This document shows, piece after piece, positions 57,996 through 64,000 of a stretch of DNA of 64,000 nucleotides. Below the pieces are notes generated by a model, which was given only the letters and a program-made list of their open reading frames with translations, was not told the DNA's origin and did not search any database. Within the stretch, counting starts at the first letter, position 1; the number at the start of each line of letters is the position of its first letter. Origin of the DNA: an uncultured Candidatus Rokubacteria bacterium (GTDB lineage: Bacteria > Methylomirabilota > Methylomirabilia > Rokubacteriales > DASRDR01); contig CAVPSB010000016.1 in assembly GCA_963708025.1 (NCBI GenBank), forward strand, positions 256,001 through 320,000, read 5' to 3'. The translations under genes and the position numbers were made by a program.

Positions 57996-59060
57996 ATGCG
58001 GCCGCAGATCCTGAATCCGGCGAAGCTGACCGCGCTGTTCCGGGCCGAGCTCCAGCTCTGCGCCGTGAAGCCGGGTGAGACGATCGCCCTCCTGAGCGAC
58101 CTGGCCTCCCGCCGCGAGTACGTCGCCGCGGCCTTTGCCGCCGCCGACGAGCTGGGGGCCCAGATCTACGAGCTGTGCGTCAACTCCATCCCGTCGTGGC
58201 ACCGGGTCGGCGTCCCGACGGTGGGGGCGGCCAAGGGCACCCTCGACGCGATCAAGGCGGCTGACCTGCTCGTCTGCCTCCACATTCCCCTCTTCACGAC
58301 GTGGCTAGCCGAGGTCCGGGCCGGCGGCACCCGGGTGCTCATGATCATCGACGCTCCCGACCAGCTCGCCGAGCTGATGTCGCCCCCCGGCCTCAAGGAG
58401 GCGGTGATCCACGCCGGGCGGCGCCTGGAGCGGGCGCGGGAGATGCGGGTGGTGAGCGATGCCGGCACCGACCTCGTTGTGCGCTGCGGCGAGTATCCCG
58501 TCATGATCCAGTACGGCTTCGCCGAGCTGCCGGGCCGCTTCGACCACTGGGGCGCGGGCATGGTCCACACCTTCCCGAACGAGGGCTCGGCCAACGGCAC
58601 GGTGGTCATCGCGCCGGGCGACATCGTGATCCTCCCGTACTGCCGGTACGTCCAGGACGCGATCCGGCTCCACGTCAGCGGGGGCTTCATCCGGAAGATC
58701 GAGGGGGGACTCGACGCCAAGCTGATGAGCGACTGGCTGGAGGACAACCGCCGGGATCCCGACGACCTGGACGGTCATGCGATCTCGCACCTCGGCTGGG
58801 GTCTCAACCCCCAGGCCCGCTGGTACGACATCGCGCTGCACGGGGACAACCCCGACCGACACCACGCCGCCGCCCGGGCGTTCGCGGGGAACTTCCTCTT
58901 CTCCACGGGGCCGAACACCCAGGGCGGCGGCACCCGCGCGACCCGGGGTCACTACGACGTGCCGATGCGGGACTGCACGGTCCTGCTCGACGGCGAGCCG
59001 ATCATCGAGCGCGGCCGTATCGTTGACCGGCAGATGCGCGTCGAGCGCGTCCCCCGCTGA
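57996..59060 (+). CDS. nicX: 2,5-dihydroxypyridine 5,6-dioxygenase-like (NicX family)
   Basis: PGRFDHW, PGDI, ISHLGWGLNP, FAGNFLFSTGPN, GHYDVPMR. Confidence 0.8.
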   Translation: MRPQILNPAKLTALFRAELQLCAVKPGETIALLSDLASRREYVAAAFAAADELGAQIYELCVNSIPSWHRVGVPTVGAAKGTLDAIKAADLLVCLHIPLFTTWLAEVRAGGTRVLMIIDAPDQLAELMSPPGLKEAVIHAGRRLERAREMRVVSDAGTDLVVRCGEYPVMIQYGFAELPGRFDHWGAGMVHTFPNEGSANGTVVIAPGDIVILPYCRYVQDAIRLHVSGGFIRKIEGGLDAKLMSDWLEDNRRDPDDLDGHAISHLGWGLNPQARWYDIALHGDNPDRHHAAARAFAGNFLFSTGPNTQGGGTRATRGHYDVPMRDCTVLLDGEPIIERGRIVDRQMRVERVPR

Positions 59061-59132
59061 TCATTCGGGGGTCTCGGAAGATCCCCCCGATGCCCCCCCG
59101 TCGTGGCGGCGGCGAAGCCGCCGCTCGGACGC
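59057..59132 (+). repeat. Double-hairpin repeat, copy 7
   Basis: ctgatcattcgggggtctcggaagatccccccgatgcccccccgtcgtggcggcggcgaagccgccgctcggacgc. Confidence 0.9.
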
Positions 59133-59234
59133 TCCCGAGGGTCGATGGGCGCAGACCCGCCCCCCCTGCTCACCTCGACGCGCTCTACCGGCCTCCGGCG
59201 CGGCCCTACCGGCAGGGCCCCCGGGCCGGCTCCG

Positions 59235-59313
59235 TCACGGCTTCCGGACGAAGATCGCCAGGGTCTCGGTGTGGCGCAGCACCACCTCGTCGCCCTTCTT
59301 GATCTCCTGGAGG
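59235..59313 (-). pseudogene. C-terminal relic of a periplasmic OB-fold-like protein
   Basis: LQEIKKGDEVVLRHTETLAIFVRKP* with no upstream continuation. Confidence 0.4.
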
Positions 59314-59365
59314 CTTCGTCTTCTCCAGCAGCTCGTACCGCTCGACGCGCCCGCCCTCCGCCTGC

Positions 59366-60121
59366 CTACCGGCCGAGATGCGCCAGGGCGCTCCGCAGTG
59401 GATCGCTGGACATCCGGACCACTCCTTCGAACGGCTGATCCAACTCGAGGATCAGGAAGATCGCACCCGAAATCGACAGCGCACAGACGAACAGGGTCGC
59501 GATGACGGTCGCGTGGCGGGGCGCAAACAGGCCGAAGCTCACGAATATCACGGTGACCCAGAAGGCCAGCATCACCAGGAACGGCGCGGGAATCGAGCGG
59601 CCCCCCTGCTCGAAGAGCAACCAGCGGGTCCGCGCGAGATCGATGCTGATCCGGAGCGCCTCGGCCCGGAGCGAGCGCTGAGCTTCGCTTGCCGGCGAGA
59701 GCGCCTGAATCCTGTCGTAGACACCTTCGGCCCCGGCCGCCCCTGGCTCCAGCTGCGCCGTTCGAGAACCGCTGTTCGGCGACATCAGCTCGAGCGCGCG
59801 GGCGACGAAGCGGCGGAGCAGGTCACGGGCGTCCTTCGTCTCCGGGCCGTAGTGGGCCAGGACACGGTCGAGCACGATGATGCTCGCCGATACCTGCTTC
59901 AGCTCGTTGCTCTGGGTTTCGTACGAGCTCCTGGCCGTGGCGAGCAGCAGACTCAGGACGAGGGCCGCCATCGTCGCCAGCAATCCCATCCCGAGCTTCA
60001 CCACATCCTTCGACTCCGCGCTCAGGTGGTGTTCAGGGAGAGCGGAGCGAAGAAGGATGCCGAGCAGCGCACCCCCGAACACGCACCCGAACACGATGCA
60101 ACCGATCGCCACCGGGCTCAC
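59366..60121 (-). CDS. DUF4239-like membrane protein
   Basis: LPEHHLSAESKDVVKLGMGLLATMAALVLSLL, LDRVLAHYGPE, LILELDQPFEG. Confidence 0.8.
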   Translation of the reverse strand: MSPVAIGCIVFGCVFGGALLGILLRSALPEHHLSAESKDVVKLGMGLLATMAALVLSLLLATARSSYETQSNELKQVSASIIVLDRVLAHYGPETKDARDLLRRFVARALELMSPNSGSRTAQLEPGAAGAEGVYDRIQALSPASEAQRSLRAEALRISIDLARTRWLLFEQGGRSIPAPFLVMLAFWVTVIFVSFGLFAPRHATVIATLFVCALSISGAIFLILELDQPFEGVVRMSSDPLRSALAHLGR

Positions 60122-60343
60122 GATCCCGGTCTCCCGAGAAGCACACTGGATGCTCGACCGGTCACACCACCACCCAACTGATGAAGAACACCCCGGCCCG
60201 GACGACAGCGGCGGCGGCCGTCCGGAGCCGCGGCGGTCTCAGGCGGGCCGGTCGCGCTCGCTCAGGCACGCGGCGCGTCTCCTTCTCAGCCTGGATCGAC
60301 ATCCTTCGCCCCGCTTCGTGCATGGTACCTGCTCCTCGCTCTG

Positions 60344-62790
60344 CTATTCGGCCAGCGCCTTCTTGAGGACGGCGACCTTGTGGGCTTGCTCCGCGTCGTC
60401 GAGATCGGCCGTCTTCACTTCCTTCAGCTCGATCGTCACCTTGGCGATCTTGCCGGTGAACTTGAACGGCACCTTGTAGGCCTCGGTGACCGGCGTGCCC
60501 TCATCCGCGCCCACGTCGGCGCCTTCGTCCGCCGAGAACGCACAGCACTGGGTGCGTTCGATCCGACCCGCGGCGACCTTCTTGCCGTTGACGAAGAGCG
60601 TGCCCATGCCGCCCTTGCCGACGCCGCCGCCGTCATAGGCGAACTCGAAGCGGATGGTCGCCTTCCCGGCAGGCAGCGCCTGCTTGGCGGCCACCGTGTA
60701 CCGCTGCAGGCCCAGCCAGTTGTAGGTGTAGGTCGGCTTGCCGTCCTTCAGGTAGAGGCTCCAGCCGCCGAAGCGCCCGGCCTGGGCCAGGATCACGCCG
60801 TTGGCCCCCTTCTTCGGGATCTCCACCTCGGCGGTGATCGTGTGCGACCGGTTCTTCACGTTGATGAAGACGTTCTCCGACATCCCGATCATGCCCTCGT
60901 AGACCGTCAGCGAGGTGCGGCCGGCCATCAGGTCGGGCCGCCCGACCAGGGCGGCGTTCAGGCGCTCCAAGGTCCGGTCATCGAGCGGCAGCACGGAGTA
61001 CTTGACCGCTTCCTTCAGGAAGAGGTCCTGCAGCTCCTTGAGCTTCTCGGGGTTCTTCGCGGCCAGGTCGTTCGCCAGGCTGAAGTCCGTCCGCGTGTCG
61101 TACAGCTCCCACTTGTCGTTCTCGAGCGTCGTCCGGGGCTTGAATTCCCAGGCCGCCCGGTGGACGGTGCCGGCCAGCCAGCCGTCGTGGTAGATGGCGC
61201 GGTTGCCGAAGATCTCGAAGTACTGGGTCGTGTGCCGGCTCGGCGCCTTGGCGTCGGCGAAGGTGTAGACCAGGCTCACGCCTTCGATGGGGGTCTGCGG
61301 CGTCCCGTTCACGCTCTTCGGCTCGGGCAGGCCGGCCGCTTCCAGGATCGTCGGCGCGATGTCGATGACGTGGTGCCACTGCGAGCGCACCTCGCCCTTC
61401 GCCGTGATGCCCTTGGGCCAGTGGATCACCATCCCGTTGCGGGTGCCGCCGTAGCTCGAGGCGACCTGCTTCGTCCACGTGAAGGGCGTATCGCCCGCGA
61501 CCGCCCAGCCGGCGGCGTAGTGGCGGATAGGTCGTCGGGCCGCCGAGCTCGTCGTAGTGCTTGAGGATGTCCTGGACGGTCTCGTGCACGCCGTTGAAGT
61601 AGGTCATCTCGTTGAAGAGCCCGTTCATGCCGCCTTCGGCGCTCGCCCCGTTGTCGCCGACGATGTAGAAGATCAGCGTGTTGTCGAGCTGGCCGGTCTC
61701 CTCGATGGCCTGGATCAGCCGGCCGATCTCCGTGTCGGCGTACTCGCCGAAGCCGGCGAACACCTCCATCTGGCGGGCGAAGAGCTTCTTCTCATCCGCG
61801 GTCAGCGCGGCCCAGTCCTTGATGGCCTCGGGCTTGGGCGCGAGCTTCGTGCCCGCCGGCACCACGCCCAGCTTGATTCTGCCGCGCCAGCGTCTCCTCG
61901 CGCAGCTTGTCCCAGCCCTGGTCGAACTTGCCCTTGTACTTGGCGATCCACTCCTTCGGCACGTGGTGCGGCGCGTGGGTGGCGCCGGGCGCGAAGTAGA
62001 TGAAGAACGGCTTGTCCGGCGTCAGCGACTTCTGGTACCGCATCCAGTCGATCGCCTGGTTGGTCATGTCGGTCATGAAGTGGTAGTTCGGGTCCTTCGG
62101 CGGCTCGACCTGGTTCATGCCGTCGTAGAGCAGCGGCGCCCACTGGTTGGTCTCGCCGCCGATGAAGCCGTAGAACTTGTCGAAGCCCGAGCGGGTCGGC
62201 CAGCGGTCGGTCGGGCCGGAGGGGCTGACCTCCCAGGCCGCGGTCTCGTGCGACTTGCCGAAGGCGGCGGTGCTGTAGCCGTTCAGCCGCAGCATCTCCG
62301 CCAGCGGCGCCACGCTGTTGGGGCGCTGGCCGGTCTGTCCGGGGAAGGCGGTGGCGGTCTCCGTGATCGAGCCCATGTTGTTCATGTGATGGTTGCGGCC
62401 GCTGAGCAGCGCCGCGCGGGTCGGCGAGCAGAGCGCCGTGGTGTGGAACTCGTTGTAGCGCAGCCCGCCGTTGGCCAGGCGCTCCACCGTCGGCATGTGG
62501 ATGGGCCCGCCGAAGGCGCTCGACTGGCCGAAGCCCATGTCGTCGATCAGCACGATGAGGACGTTGGGCGCGCTGGCCGGCGCCTTGACCTCGAACCGCG
62601 GCGGCGGCGTGGCATTGCGGGCATCGAACACGGTGCTGTGCGGGTACTGGGGCTCCGGGATCGGCAGCACCGTGCGGTCGGTCGGCAGCACGACCCGCGC
62701 GGGGGCGGCCCCCTGGGCGGCGACGGGCGCCGCCGTCAGCGGGGCCAGCAGCAGGGTCACGCTCAGGGCAAAGGTCATCGACGTCCGCAT
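60344..62790 (-). CDS. Arylsulfatase, Cys-type (two frameshifts near 61.5 and 61.9 kb)
   Basis: Signal peptide; PNVLIVLIDDMG; formylglycine motif CSPTRAALLSGR; GATHAPHH; GDNG; HHVIDIAPT; WELY. Confidence 0.92.
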
Positions 62791-62817
62791 GTGGTTCGCT
62801 CCTCCGATCTTACGGCA

Positions 62818-62940
62818 TTAGGTGGATCGCCGAACTTCGCCGGCGGGGGCGGAAGATACTTCCCGTCGATCGTCTCGGTGGCGCTGGGCGACCCCGGCAT
62901 GCCGTAGATCTGCTGGGCGTGGGCGCTCGGGCGCGCTCAT
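62818..62940 (-). pseudogene. N-terminal relic of a second arylsulfatase
   Basis: AQQIYGMPGSPSATETIDGKYLPPPPAKFG, out of frame with the ATG at 62940; resembles arylsulfatase N-termini from recall. Confidence 0.55.
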
Positions 62941-62971
62941 CCCTTGGCCCTCTTTGTCCGGCGGCAATCGC

Positions 62972-63751
62972 TCAGAAGCGGATGCTCAGCCCCACGATCG
63001 GTCCGTGCATCGTCGTGTCCAGCCGGAACTCCTGCCGGCCCTGGCCGCTCGAGAAGTCCTGACCGAGCGCCTTGTAGCCCCCGAGGATGGCCCACTCGAG
63101 CCCCGCGCCCTGCCACCGGTACCCGAGGAGCCCCAGCGCCGACCAGGCGAAGTCGGAGCCGACGCCGAAGCCTCCGATGTCGCCCCGAAGGATGATGAAG
63201 AAGCGCTCGGTCAGACCGAAGGTCACCTGGCCGCCGACGATCGGATCGATCCAGTCCCGGCTCTGGTTGGAGGACGGCGCACCCCGCGTGTCGAGGTCCA
63301 GCTCCACGTCGGAGTAGCGGCCGCCGGCGTACGCGTCGAGGGCGACGCCGCGCCCCTCGCCGCCCGTCGTGTCGAGGAGGCGGTACTGCAGGCCGAACTC
63401 CACCAGCCACATCCGTTCCCGGATGTCGAGCCCCTTGGCGCCGGCGTCGTCGACCCCGAGCTTCACGTAGAAAACGTCCGCGAAGGCGCCAAACCGCCCC
63501 CGCGTGACCTCGAGGTGGCCCTGGAGGCCGATCAGGGAGTCGGTGTTGTCCAGGATGTCGATGAAGCTGGCGTCCGCCGACGCGGTGACCCCCCGCACCG
63601 TCAGGTCACCGGAGAGGCCCGCCGCCCAGATGTATGGGGTGACGGTGACCTGCCAGCTGGCGGGGTCGCCGTCGGCAGCAAAGGCCGTGGTGCCCGCCGT
63701 CGAGACGGCAAGGCCCAGCAGCAACGGGAGCGCGACCGCCACCCTGCTCAT
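62972..63751 (-). CDS. Putative outer-membrane beta-barrel protein
   Basis: Signal peptide, WQVTVTPYIWAAG, WIDPIVG, GDIGGFGVGSD, C-terminal Phe. Confidence 0.8.
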   Translation of the reverse strand: MSRVAVALPLLLGLAVSTAGTTAFAADGDPASWQVTVTPYIWAAGLSGDLTVRGVTASADASFIDILDNTDSLIGLQGHLEVTRGRFGAFADVFYVKLGVDDAGAKGLDIRERMWLVEFGLQYRLLDTTGGEGRGVALDAYAGGRYSDVELDLDTRGAPSSNQSRDWIDPIVGGQVTFGLTERFFIILRGDIGGFGVGSDFAWSALGLLGYRWQGAGLEWAILGGYKALGQDFSSGQGRQEFRLDTTMHGPIVGLSIRF

Positions 63752-63820
63752 GCCAAGTTCTCCTCTCGAACTGCCGGGAGGTGAGGGATCCGAGCGATTC
63801 CGGAGCGGGCCCGGGCCGGC

Positions 63821-64000
63821 TCACCGCCGTCGCAGCTCGATGCTGCTTCGCCCGTCGATGCCCACCAGGGTGCCCTCACCCTTCAGGACTTCCTGCGCGC
63901 CAGACCCGTAGAGGGTCGCGGTTCCCCGCATGGTGGAGCCTTCGTACGCGACCTTGCCGTCCACGATCCGCCACGTACCCATCCCCGGCGCCCCGCCCAT
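63821..64000 (-). CDS. Hypothetical protein, 3' part (continues beyond the window)
   Basis: GTWRIVDGKVAYEGSTMRGTATLY...LKGEGTLVGIDGRSSIELRRR*. Confidence 0.55.
   Translation of the reverse strand: MGGAPGMGTWRIVDGKVAYEGSTMRGTATLYGSGAQEVLKGEGTLVGIDGRSSIELRRR

Overview
Very GC-rich bacterial chromosomal window. Gene content and repeat style suggest Candidatus Rokubacteria/Methylomirabilota, but this is an inference from recall, not a database result. No rRNA, tRNA, CRISPR array, integrase or transposase was found. Three stretches (about 1-3.5 kb, 50.5-56.3 kb and 61.5-61.9 kb) are riddled with single-base indels, most likely long-read errors. Ordinary content: a branched-chain ABC transporter, an HxlR regulator, PduO, several GAF histidine kinases, a GspE/PilB ATPase, an ATP-grasp enzyme, an FN3/PA14 secreted protein, an LLM oxidoreductase, ampG-nagZ, a pilT-pilU operon, nudC-Ldh2-amidohydrolase, a peptide ABC transporter, DHDPS-family and NicX-family genes, and an arylsulfatase. 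The best candidate for an undescribed system is at 24.6-35.2 kb. There a sigma54-type promoter with a TGCAC repeat array and a 63-aa ORF precede a FabF-like ketosynthase, an ACP and a second ketosynthase with a Cys-His-Gln triad. That gene is translationally coupled to a 7TM-GAF-PAS histidine kinase, followed by a His-to-Asp pseudokinase and a REC-kinase. The layout resembles a lipid/polyketide signal synthase plus cognate receptor cassette. A second highlight is an operon of an Sm/Hfq-like protein, a receiver, an ATPase-dead MshEN PilB homolog, pilT and pilU. A third is a CTAG-associated double-hairpin repeat family (7 copies) showing compensatory base changes.
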